In this document: positions 30,074 through 39,265 of the stretch, piece after piece | How the letters are laid out: every line of letters begins with the position of its first letter | Position numbering within the stretch: position 1 is the first letter of the stretch | Assembly: GCA_965198175.1 (NCBI GenBank) | Contig: OZ240245.1 | Location: forward strand, 416,001-480,000 | Length of the DNA: 64,000 nt | Direction of reading: 5' to 3' | DNA from: Candidatus Poribacteria bacterium | GTDB taxonomy: Bacteria > Poribacteria > WGA-4E > PCPOR2b | Position numbers and translations under genes: made by a program | Notes under the pieces: generated by a model | The model's database searches: none | Seen by the model: the letters and a program-made list of their open reading frames with translations, nothing else | What the model was told of the DNA's origin: nothing

Positions 30074-30856
30074 ATGAAAACGCACGATTGCGAAGCAACG
30101 CTGACCGATTCGCAGGTCTTGGAATTCTGTAAAAATGGGTTCTTAATGTTTGAAGGCGTTGTTCCAGATGAAATTAATCAGCGAGTCTGTGAGTATTGCG
30201 ATGAACATGAGGGACAAGTGCCCGCGGGTGAAGATTGGTACATTGAGCATGTAACGCTCAATCCACAAGTGACTGGTGCGATACGATCCGTCTTGGGCAA
30301 GGATTTCCGTTATAATCTTTTCGCCGGCAATCATCGAGCCCAGTGTCCGGCCCACATGACCGGGGGGTGGCACAACGATGGGGGGTCTGTATACAAGCCC
30401 GATCTTGACTCGCTGCAGGTGTTCTACTATCCGCAGCATACCCCCGTCGAACTCGGGCCGACCGAAGTGGTTCCCGGTTCCCATTTTCTCGTCCATTTGC
30501 AACGCTGGATGGGACACTACACGGGCATCAAAGGAGCGGTCTCTACAGAAGCGCCCGCAGGCTCGATTTTTCTCACAATCTATTCTATCTGGCATCGGCG
30601 GAGCACCTCCACAGCGAGCGGCATCCGTAATCTGATTAAGTATTGGTATGTACGTACGTCGCCGCCGGAGCGAGATTGGGTTATCGAACCAGATTTTGAC
30701 CTCGTACGTCCCTATCATTTCCCACCGGGTCCAACCTTCCACAGGGAACATCATCACACAATCAATGACGCCGCTGAGATTTATTATTGGTTGTGCGGAA
30801 AGCACGGCGAATATCGCGGGCACACTAACAATTTACCCGTCTATTTCTCTAGATAG
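30074..30856 (+). CDS. Phytanoyl-CoA dioxygenase (PhyH) family Fe(II)/2OG oxygenase, paralog 1
   Basis: WHNDGG (HxD), GPTEVVPGSH, IWHRR distal His. Confidence 0.9.
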   Translation: MKTHDCEATLTDSQVLEFCKNGFLMFEGVVPDEINQRVCEYCDEHEGQVPAGEDWYIEHVTLNPQVTGAIRSVLGKDFRYNLFAGNHRAQCPAHMTGGWHNDGGSVYKPDLDSLQVFYYPQHTPVELGPTEVVPGSHFLVHLQRWMGHYTGIKGAVSTEAPAGSIFLTIYSIWHRRSTSTASGIRNLIKYWYVRTSPPERDWVIEPDFDLVRPYHFPPGPTFHREHHHTINDAAEIYYWLCGKHGEYRGHTNNLPVYFSR

Positions 30857-30870
30857 GGAGAGTAGCCACT

Positions 30871-31662
30871 TTGAACGCACATGACTGCGAACCGACGCTC
30901 ACCGATACGCAAGTTCTTGAGTTTTGTAGAAATGGGTTCTTAATGTTCGAAGGCGTCGTGCCGGATGAAATTAATCGACGGGTCTTTGACTATTGCGACG
31001 CACACGATGGCCACGTGCCAGCAGGCGAGGATTGGTATATTGAGAATGTGACGCTTAACCCACAAGCGGCTGGTGCGATACGGTCTCTTTTAGGCAAAAA
31101 CTTCCGTTGGTCAGGGGCGGGCAACCACCGCATCCGATGCCCGGTTCAAGAATTACACCAGCAATCGAACGGTTTGTGGCATAACGACGGAGGCTCCGTA
31201 TACACGCCGGAGATTGATTGCCTGCAAGTGTTTTATTACCCACAGGATACCCCGGTGGAGCTAGGTCCAACAGAGGTGGTGCCTAGTTCTCATTTTCTCC
31301 ACAGTTACCATTTCTGGATGGGGCATTATGGCAGGATTCGGAGTGCGGTTTCCACAGCAGCGCCGGCAGGCTCGATTTTTCTCACCATCTACCGCATTTG
31401 GCATCGGCGCAGTCCGTCCACAGCAAGCGGTATTCGCAATCTAATTAAGTATTCCTACATACGAACTGTACCGCCCGAGCACGATTGGATTATTGAGCCG
31501 GGGTTCGATCTTGCGCATACCTATCACGCGCCACCCGGTCCTCAGTTTCACCGGGAATACCACCGCACTATAAATGATGCCGCTGAGATTTACTTTTGGC
31601 TGTGTGGAAAACACGATCAGTATCGCGGCGCCCGCAATAATCTGCCCATCTATTACTCTTGA
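30871..31662 (+). CDS. PhyH family dioxygenase, paralog 2
   Basis: TTG start after GGGAGAG; WHNDGG, IWHRR. Confidence 0.9.
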   Translation: MNAHDCEPTLTDTQVLEFCRNGFLMFEGVVPDEINRRVFDYCDAHDGHVPAGEDWYIENVTLNPQAAGAIRSLLGKNFRWSGAGNHRIRCPVQELHQQSNGLWHNDGGSVYTPEIDCLQVFYYPQDTPVELGPTEVVPSSHFLHSYHFWMGHYGRIRSAVSTAAPAGSIFLTIYRIWHRRSPSTASGIRNLIKYSYIRTVPPEHDWIIEPGFDLAHTYHAPPGPQFHREYHRTINDAAEIYFWLCGKHDQYRGARNNLPIYYS

Positions 31663-31877
31663 TGGAGTGGTAGCGATTAATGACGATTGAAGCAGGAGTA
31701 TCCAGCCCAAACTTATCTGGGATGCGGACACGGTAGAAGAGTAATTCATTGAATGGGCAGGTGGGGGTTTGCTGCGAGAAACATGAATTTGTGGCGGCTC
31801 AAAAAAATGAGAACGGATTGATGAATGTAGTAATGCGAGATAGCTTTTATCAAGAGAACTTATAGGGTAATTGATTG

Positions 31878-32663
31878 ATGAAAACTCATACCTGTGAACC
31901 TACGCTTACAGACACCCAAATATTGGAGATCTGTAGAGACGGCTTCAAAATGCTCAAGGGTGTTGTACCAGAAGATATTAATGAACGTACATTTGAGTTC
32001 CTCGATTTACACCCGCATGGCAAACCAGTTGAAATCCTCAAGGAGGATTGGTTTGTCGAGAACGTAATACTTAATCCGCAGGCAGTGGGTATCGTGCGGT
32101 CGCTTTTGGGGAGCAACTTTGCGCTCGCCACCCGGATGGCAAATCATCGCGCTGAGTGCCCAGGACCAGCTCAGCATTGGCACCGGGATGGTGGATCAAT
32201 ACACGGTCCCGAAATGGACAGTTTACAGGTGTTCTATTATCCGCAGAACACCCCGCTAGAGCTGGGGCCAACACAGGTGGTCCCCGGTTCCCACCTGCTT
32301 TTCTCTTTGCAGAGCCATATGAGACATTATGGCAGTATTCGAGTTGCTCATCCCACAGTAGCCCCTGCAGGCTCAATTTTCATCACGATGTATTCCATTT
32401 GGCACCGCCGCGGTCCGTCCACTGCGCACGGTACGCGCAATCTGCTGAAATATTGGTACCGTCGAACTGTGCCTCCCGAGCGCGACTGGATTATTGAACC
32501 GGAGTTCAATCTGCAGCAGGCTTATCATTTCCCACCCGGCTTAACCTTCAATCGAGAAGGTCACAAGACCATTAATGACGCCGCCGAAATCTATTTTTGG
32601 TTGTGCGGAAAGCACAACCAATATCGCGCGCGCACTAACAATCTGCCCGCCTATTTCTCTTGA
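31878..32663 (+). CDS. PhyH family dioxygenase, paralog 3
   Basis: WHRDGG, VVPGSH, IWHRR. Confidence 0.9.
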   Translation: MKTHTCEPTLTDTQILEICRDGFKMLKGVVPEDINERTFEFLDLHPHGKPVEILKEDWFVENVILNPQAVGIVRSLLGSNFALATRMANHRAECPGPAQHWHRDGGSIHGPEMDSLQVFYYPQNTPLELGPTQVVPGSHLLFSLQSHMRHYGSIRVAHPTVAPAGSIFITMYSIWHRRGPSTAHGTRNLLKYWYRRTVPPERDWIIEPEFNLQQAYHFPPGLTFNREGHKTINDAAEIYFWLCGKHNQYRARTNNLPAYFS

Positions 32664-32679
32664 GAGGGGAGTGGTCGTA

Positions 32680-33522
32680 TTGGAAGCACATGATTGTGAG
32701 CCGACATTGACCGACACACAAGTGGTCGAGTTCTGCAGGCACGGCTATCTGATGCTGGAAAGTGTCGTTCCAGAGGAAATTAACCAGCGCGTGTGTGAAT
32801 GTGTGGTGGGCGGCTTTGAAGATGGGCGGCTACTTCAGGAGGACTGGTTTCTTGACAACGTTATTCTCAATCTGCAGGCGGGTGGCGCGGTGCGGTCACT
32901 GCTCGGAAAGCATTTTTCCACTCCGGTTGGGTTGTACAATCATCGGGTTGAATGTCCTGCGCCATCTCAACATTGGCATCGGGATGGCGGATCGCGTCAC
33001 GAACCAGGACTAAATCATTTGCAGGTGTTCTATTATCCGAAGGATACTCCAGTGGAGCTTGGGCCAACAGAGGTACTACCTTGTTCCCATTTTTTGTTCT
33101 GCTTCCAGAGTTGGATGGGGCACTACGGCAACATAAAGGGGGCGGTTAAAACAGCCGCACCAGCGGGGTCAATTTTCCTCACGGCATATCCGATATGGCA
33201 TCGGCGGCCCGTGTCAACTGGGCATGGCGTTCGCGATATGTTGAAATACTGCTATTGGCGAACCGTACCACCCCAACGGGATTGGGTTATCGAACCCGAT
33301 TTCGATCCAGCCGCCGCAACGTACAGCCTGAAAGGCGCAGCTTCCCACCCGCCTCGGCAGCAGTTTGACGATTGGTATGATGCTGCACAGATGTTTTACT
33401 GGTTGTGTGGAAAGTCCAGCGAGTTGCACACAGTATTGGGCGGTGAAGGATGGCCAGCAGGATACCCTCCACCCCGTCCTGACGGCCAGATATATCCGCC
33501 CAAGGGATTCCACCGGTTTTAA
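32680..33522 (+). CDS. PhyH family dioxygenase, paralog 4
   Basis: TTG start at 32680 after GAGGGGAG, by alignment to paralogs; WHRDGG, IWHRR. Confidence 0.9.
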   Translation: MEAHDCEPTLTDTQVVEFCRHGYLMLESVVPEEINQRVCECVVGGFEDGRLLQEDWFLDNVILNLQAGGAVRSLLGKHFSTPVGLYNHRVECPAPSQHWHRDGGSRHEPGLNHLQVFYYPKDTPVELGPTEVLPCSHFLFCFQSWMGHYGNIKGAVKTAAPAGSIFLTAYPIWHRRPVSTGHGVRDMLKYCYWRTVPPQRDWVIEPDFDPAAATYSLKGAASHPPRQQFDDWYDAAQMFYWLCGKSSELHTVLGGEGWPAGYPPPRPDGQIYPPKGFHRF

Positions 33523-33625
33523 GTAATTTAATCTCCATCGCGGATTCTCTTCAACTGTAGATTCCCGAAATTGACGCCGAAAAGAGGAGAGCCACAACAC
33601 CGTGTTGTTGTTGAGGACAGCAAAC

Positions 33626-35578
33626 TCACTCTGCACCGTGGTTAACCATGTCAATACGAGCGACGGCGTGAGGAAGCAAGTTGAGTTCGAGTTTTCCCGC
33701 TACGGTTTGCAAGCGTTCGCCCGGTTCCTTGAGAAAGGCTTCGGGGAAAACCATCGCCTTTTGCGCGTTTGTCTCATTCAGTCCGCGTAGCTCGACGGTC
33801 TGTGCCATATTGCACACCGTGACCCGCTGTGCTTCAGGGGTCAAATTGGCGAGTAGAATTCGCGTCGCTCCATTCTTGTGGAGTGCGATGCCATCTAGTC
33901 TCAGAGTGTCGCTTGATGTCGTTGGTACAACCGTAGCCCCGGCAAACTCCCCCACATCTGCAAACACATGATAGATGGGAAAAACCCAACCGGGGCCGGA
34001 AAAAAATGTTTCTGGCAACGGTGAACCTTCCTCTGTCTCCATCACCCCACGCCATCCAGTGGTTTCGTAGTAGGTGGCGCTAAACACTCCGCTTTCGGAA
34101 AGATACTTGAGACTCCCCACAGTCCAACCTGCGCCAAACAGCGACATCTGCCGCACATCCACCGGTGCAGGCAATTCATCGGGTGGAAGTTCAGGTTCAG
34201 GCCCGATAGCAGCCGGGTTAAACCGAGCTTTTAGCGTGATCGGCGTGATGGCGATGGGTAATCCGCCCATAAATTGTCGGGCGCTTTCAACCGTCGAGGC
34301 TTGTGCTTCTAGTGTTTCCACCATTGAGGTGTTGTCAAAGGCGTGAGCTTGTGGATTCATCGAATAACACACTAAATCGAGCGCGGACACGGACGGACGA
34401 TTGCGGTTTAATTCGGTGAAAAACGCATCTGTACCCGCCCCAATCTTTGCATCCGGGGCGTAACGTTTTAGAGATTTTCTAGCGAGTTTCACCCACTTTT
34501 CCGATGTGGATTCTTCTGCGATATGGAAGATTAGCCATGTACAGATGGCCGGTTTTACTTCCTCAAGCACTGCACCCAAGAGACTGAGTTCACCCGCGGC
34601 TGCGTCAGAGTGAGTAAGGGCAATTTCCAGCGGTACGCCGAGCGCCTTCGCCTCATTATCAGCCCGTTGTAGTGTCGATTCGTAATTGGGTAGGGTTAGA
34701 TTGACATCCACGCGCAGATGCGAAAGGTTGAGCCTTTTGAGGTGCTCCAACTCCTTCAGAGTTAGCGGCTGACCGTGATGGGAAACACCTAGCCCGATGC
34801 GTGGGAGCCGGGCAGCGGAAGGTCTGCTGATAGAGAAGGTAAGCCCTGTATTTTGATAGCGTACCGTGCTGCGACTGTTTCTTAAAGTTAGGGTGACTGA
34901 TTGAGAGATTTTCGTCCCTGCACTGATTTCCACGGGATATGGAATGCGCAGTGGTGTGCAATATGTTTTGTAAGAAGCATCTGTCCAATTCCGTTGATCT
35001 TCCATCTCGAAGGCGTCGCCATCAAACCGAACATCTGCGTGGACATTGGGGGCAACTTCGTGCGAGATTGATCGCACGTCCATGAACGGTTGATGCGGCG
35101 AGATATATTTGGGAAACTCCCCTTGTTCAACCGTACCGTCTACCTTCTCAACGCGGCACGGCAAACCCGCACACTCCCTCATCGGGTGCAGCACGCAGCA
35201 CCCCACTCGGTTCCGCAGGAAAGTCGAGCGTGACTGACCATCCATGATGAAGGTGATTGTTCCCTGTACGTCGCCGATGATAACACCTTTCCAGAAGAAG
35301 TCAATCTCGCCTCGTCTGTTTTCCATGTCGTAAGTGATGCGGAACGAGTCGTTGGTATGCTCGATCTGAAGGTTCGAGAGAGCCGATGGCAAGGTGTTCC
35401 AGTTGTGATCTCGAATGGCTACGTACACCCGGCGGAGGATTTCTCGATTGCCCAGCCGAATATAGCGCAAATCGCCGGCTTCAAAGATTAGCGATAATGG
35501 CCCAGCGCGAAGTTGCTTCCGCTCGGGCAGGGGTACATCTTTTCCGTAATACAGCGTTCTAAGTGGCAGTTGGTTCAT
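33626..35578 (-). CDS. D-apionate lactonase (ApnL)-like protein
   Basis: LRAGPLSL..GDLRYI..G.EILR....RD.NW, FEMEDQRNWTDASYKTY, FFTELNRNRP, PQAHAFD; ATG overlaps upstream stop (ATGA). Confidence 0.7.
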   Translation of the reverse strand: MNQLPLRTLYYGKDVPLPERKQLRAGPLSLIFEAGDLRYIRLGNREILRRVYVAIRDHNWNTLPSALSNLQIEHTNDSFRITYDMENRRGEIDFFWKGVIIGDVQGTITFIMDGQSRSTFLRNRVGCCVLHPMRECAGLPCRVEKVDGTVEQGEFPKYISPHQPFMDVRSISHEVAPNVHADVRFDGDAFEMEDQRNWTDASYKTYCTPLRIPYPVEISAGTKISQSVTLTLRNSRSTVRYQNTGLTFSISRPSAARLPRIGLGVSHHGQPLTLKELEHLKRLNLSHLRVDVNLTLPNYESTLQRADNEAKALGVPLEIALTHSDAAAGELSLLGAVLEEVKPAICTWLIFHIAEESTSEKWVKLARKSLKRYAPDAKIGAGTDAFFTELNRNRPSVSALDLVCYSMNPQAHAFDNTSMVETLEAQASTVESARQFMGGLPIAITPITLKARFNPAAIGPEPELPPDELPAPVDVRQMSLFGAGWTVGSLKYLSESGVFSATYYETTGWRGVMETEEGSPLPETFFSGPGWVFPIYHVFADVGEFAGATVVPTTSSDTLRLDGIALHKNGATRILLANLTPEAQRVTVCNMAQTVELRGLNETNAQKAMVFPEAFLKEPGERLQTVAGKLELNLLPHAVARIDMVNHGAE

Positions 35579-36627
35579 TTTGCCTCTGTCGTTCGTGCTG
35601 TGTAGCAACGCAACTTCTCTTGCAGGCTAGGGTGGTCAAGGACTTCACGGTTCACTACGCTGCGTGGAATCTGTCCAGTTGCGACATCCAGAATACTTTG
35701 ACATGCATCGCGCCCCATGCCCTGGAAACATTCGTCTGTCCAGCAGATGGAGTGAGGCGTGACAATGACGTTGTCCAGCGTCAGGATGGGATGATTTTTA
35801 TCTATCGGCTCCTCTTCGAACACATCTAGCCCAGCTCCGCAGATGCGCCTTTCTCGCAGCGCGTGGATGAGTGCGCTCTGGTCTACGATGGGTCCGCGGG
35901 CAGTGTTGATTAGGTAAGCGGTTTCCTTCATCAGCGCAAACCGTTCTGCGTTAATGAGGTGATGAGTCTCCGGAGTTAGAGCGCAGCAGATACAGACGTA
36001 GTCAGCCGTTTGGAGCAAGGTTTCTAGATTCATCAGTTCCGCACCCGTCCCAGCTACTTCTGCTTGGCGCACGTAGGGATCGTATGCCAAGTGGCGCATC
36101 CCAAACGGCTGAGCAAGGGCGAATACCTCTCGTCCGATATTGCCCAAGCCGACCAAGCCAAGTGCACGTCCGGTGAGGCCCATTCCCATAGCATCAATCC
36201 GGTCTACCCAGCGCCCGGAGCGAGTCAGATGGTCTTTGATAAGCAACTTGTGGCTGAGTGCCAGAACAAAAGCCATGATAGACGATGCCACAGGACGACG
36301 TACACCATCAGGCGTGATAGTCAACAACACCCCATTCCTCGTACAGGCTGCCACATCCACTGTGTCGTAACCCACCCCAAATCGCGCTAGAATTGCCAAG
36401 CGATCGCACCCATGCAATGTGTCAGCGGTCACCCGCCGCCCCAGCAATAGCAACCCGTCATAATCCTGCACATGGTCTGCGCGCAAGGTCAGTGCGTCAT
36501 CCGCCAAGAGTTCGTATTCCACACCCGACGCGTTATCCAGCAGGTTCAAGCCCATGTTGTCAAAGCAGAACGTACCATCTGGTCTGACGAAGTCGCGGGT
36601 GATTCCGACGCGAAATGTCTGGCGCAT
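35575..36627 (-). CDS. D-2-hydroxyacid dehydrogenase (SerA/GhrB-like)
   Basis: RFGVGYD, GLVGLGNIG, INTARGPIVD, LDVFEEEP, TPH; AAGGAG RBS. Confidence 0.92.
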   Translation of the reverse strand: MRQTFRVGITRDFVRPDGTFCFDNMGLNLLDNASGVEYELLADDALTLRADHVQDYDGLLLLGRRVTADTLHGCDRLAILARFGVGYDTVDVAACTRNGVLLTITPDGVRRPVASSIMAFVLALSHKLLIKDHLTRSGRWVDRIDAMGMGLTGRALGLVGLGNIGREVFALAQPFGMRHLAYDPYVRQAEVAGTGAELMNLETLLQTADYVCICCALTPETHHLINAERFALMKETAYLINTARGPIVDQSALIHALRERRICGAGLDVFEEEPIDKNHPILTLDNVIVTPHSICWTDECFQGMGRDACQSILDVATGQIPRSVVNREVLDHPSLQEKLRCYTARTTEAK

Positions 36628-36927
36628 TGGTTTTTCTCTCCTTAGCACAGAAAGGTTTCCCATTATTCAACCTAAAACAACAAGTATAGCAGAGATTTGA
36701 TTGGTGGTCAATCGGATAATATTGTTGAAATCTCATGGCAGAATCATTTAACTCGCTGAAATGTTTGGCAGTTGCTTGATGAAAAATTCAGCATAAATAT
36801 CCCACGAACACTGGCGGGAAGTGCCGAAATTCGTGAATGCTTCGACAGGACTACCCATGCGAAATGCCTTGTAAGTAGCACAACTAGAACCCAGTCAAAC
36901 TTGCGGAGTTTGTCGGCTATTTCATCG

Positions 36928-36943
36928 TGGCATATTTATTGCT
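36928..36943 (+). promoter_or_regulatory. sigma54 (-24/-12) promoter for amtB-glnK
   Basis: TGGCATATTTATTGCT = GG-N10-GC, close to TGGCAC-N5-TTGCW; upstream of nitrogen genes. Confidence 0.7.
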
Positions 36944-37186
36944 CTGTTGCCCATCGCGGTAAAGTCGGTAAATCTGGCAGGAGTGGGGATGGTGTCAAAT
37001 CTCAGCTTGCCCTTTGGGTTCAGGCGCTAGGAATTTTCTTACGTTAGCAACCTCCCGATTCAGGGGTGACCATCAGGTTACCTCATATTCATACGTTTAT
37101 CGCCGCTGTCCAAGCGAAGCATTGAGAACAGCGTTCGTACAAAAAAACATTAAATCCACATCAGATTGAAAGGGGAATCTCCAACA

Positions 37187-38554
37187 ATGAGAAAGTTACT
37201 GATGAACGGTTCCCGGATATGGGTTACCGTTCTGATTTTCACACTCCTTCTAAGTGTAAACGCTTTTGCGTTGAATGGTAAGGTAGAGGGTGAAGAGATT
37301 GACACTTCAAAGTATATTGCTGACACCCTCTGGGTATTGGTTGCTGCATTTCTAGTTTTCTTTATGCAGGCGGGTTTTGCGATGGTCGAAGCGGGATTCA
37401 CCCGTGCAAAGAATGCAGTCAACATCTTGATGAAAAATTTGATTGATTTCTCAATGGGGTCTATTGCATACTGGGCAGTCGGATTCGCGATTATGTTCGG
37501 CACTGGAGGATGGTTCATGGGGTATAGCGGATGGTTTGTCCCAACAGAAACCGGTGCTTTCAGTTCTCTAGAATGGTCTTCTGTTCCGACCCACGCTGCA
37601 TGGCTCTTCCAACTGGTTTTCGCCGCAACCGCAGCAACAATCGTTTCCGGCGCGATGGCGGAGCGCACAAGATTCAAGAGCTATTTGGTTTATAGCGTTT
37701 TCATCACCGGTTTTATCTATCCCATCGTCGGGCATTGGATCTGGGGTGGTGGTTGGCTGGCAAATCTGGGCATGTTAGATTTTGCCGGCTCGACGGTTGT
37801 CCATTCAACAGGTGGGTGGCTTGCCTTAATGGGAGCCATTGTGTTGGGAGCTCGCACCGGCAAATACGATGGAAATGGTAGACCGCGTGTAATTGCCGGG
37901 CACAACCTGCCGTTGGCGGCGCTCGGTGTGTTTATTCTGTGGCTTGGTTGGTTCGGCTTTAATCCTGGGAGCCAAATGGCGGCAGACGCGAGTGCCATCG
38001 CCTTAATCGCAGTTACGACAAACATCGCGGCAGCAGCAGGCGCGATTGCTAGTATGTTCACCGCTTGGGTAAGGCTTGGAAAACCCGATGCCGGTATGGC
38101 GCTCAACGGTGCCTTGGCTGGACTCGTTGCGATTACTGCCCCATGCGCGTTTGTAGAACCGTGGGCGGCACTAGTAATCGGTGCAATCGCAGGGGTTGTT
38201 GTCGTATTCTCAGTCCTACTGTTTGAAAAGTTAAAAGTCGATGATCCCGTTGGCGCAATCTCCGTTCACGGTACTTGCGGCGCATTGGGAACGATATTAC
38301 TTGGCGTGTTCCACAACGAGCAAGGAATTCTCTACGCGGCGGATAAGAGCGAAGCCTTCAAATTCCTCGGCGTCCAATTCCTCGGTGTTTTCGCTGTTCT
38401 TGTGTGGTGTGTGGTTACAGGGTATATCTTGTTTTCCGCAATCAAAGCGGTCGTTGGTTTGCGCGTCAGCCAAGAAGAAGAGATGGAAGGTCTGGATTTA
38501 GGTGAACACGGTGCAAGTGCCTATCCGGATTTTTCGGTATCGTCCATACATTAA
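37187..38554 (+). CDS. amtB: Ammonium transporter
   Basis: FMQAGFAMVEAG, FQLVFA, GAMAER, DFAGSTVVH, WFGFNPGS, DDPVGAISVHG. Confidence 0.98.
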   Translation: MRKLLMNGSRIWVTVLIFTLLLSVNAFALNGKVEGEEIDTSKYIADTLWVLVAAFLVFFMQAGFAMVEAGFTRAKNAVNILMKNLIDFSMGSIAYWAVGFAIMFGTGGWFMGYSGWFVPTETGAFSSLEWSSVPTHAAWLFQLVFAATAATIVSGAMAERTRFKSYLVYSVFITGFIYPIVGHWIWGGGWLANLGMLDFAGSTVVHSTGGWLALMGAIVLGARTGKYDGNGRPRVIAGHNLPLAALGVFILWLGWFGFNPGSQMAADASAIALIAVTTNIAAAAGAIASMFTAWVRLGKPDAGMALNGALAGLVAITAPCAFVEPWAALVIGAIAGVVVVFSVLLFEKLKVDDPVGAISVHGTCGALGTILLGVFHNEQGILYAADKSEAFKFLGVQFLGVFAVLVWCVVTGYILFSAIKAVVGLRVSQEEEMEGLDLGEHGASAYPDFSVSSIH

Positions 38555-38632
38555 CCGTGAGATAGTTCGTATAGTGGGATTAGGACTAGGGCTTGTCATC
38601 AAACCTGAAGCCCTAATCTCCTTAATACTTGA

Positions 38633-39007
<375 letters not shown>

Positions 39008-39097
39008 CCTAAGTTTGATAAATGTTTAGATTCCGTCGGTCAAAAACCGCGTCGTAGCGTTATTACCAATTCAAGTTTCGACACAGACAAGCAAGAG

Positions 39098-39141
39098 CGT
39101 CCATCTGCAGGAGTGTTATTCTCGCAGATGGACGTTTTTTT
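39098..39141 (+). terminator. Rho-independent terminator after glnK
   Basis: Stem CGTCCATCTGC / GCAGATGGACG followed by T7. Confidence 0.8.
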
Positions 39142-39265
39142 GCAGTCGAATGTGTGATCTATAGCGGGCCGCTGGAGACCGCTATCAGGGAGCGATGTAT
39201 CGGAGCCACCAAATTGAGAGGATTCAACAGCTACCACATTTCAAGGATGCGGCTGTTTAATGGTG

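Noticed and set aside
30143..30823. 226-aa antisense ORF (also 26977-27588, 37150-37677 and other shadows)
   Set aside because: Antisense shadows of well-supported genes with no motifs of their own
39085..39141. ANTAR-type antitermination motif at the glnK terminator
   Set aside because: Only loose similarity (GCAAGAGCGT), no clear tandem hairpin and no downstream same-strand gene
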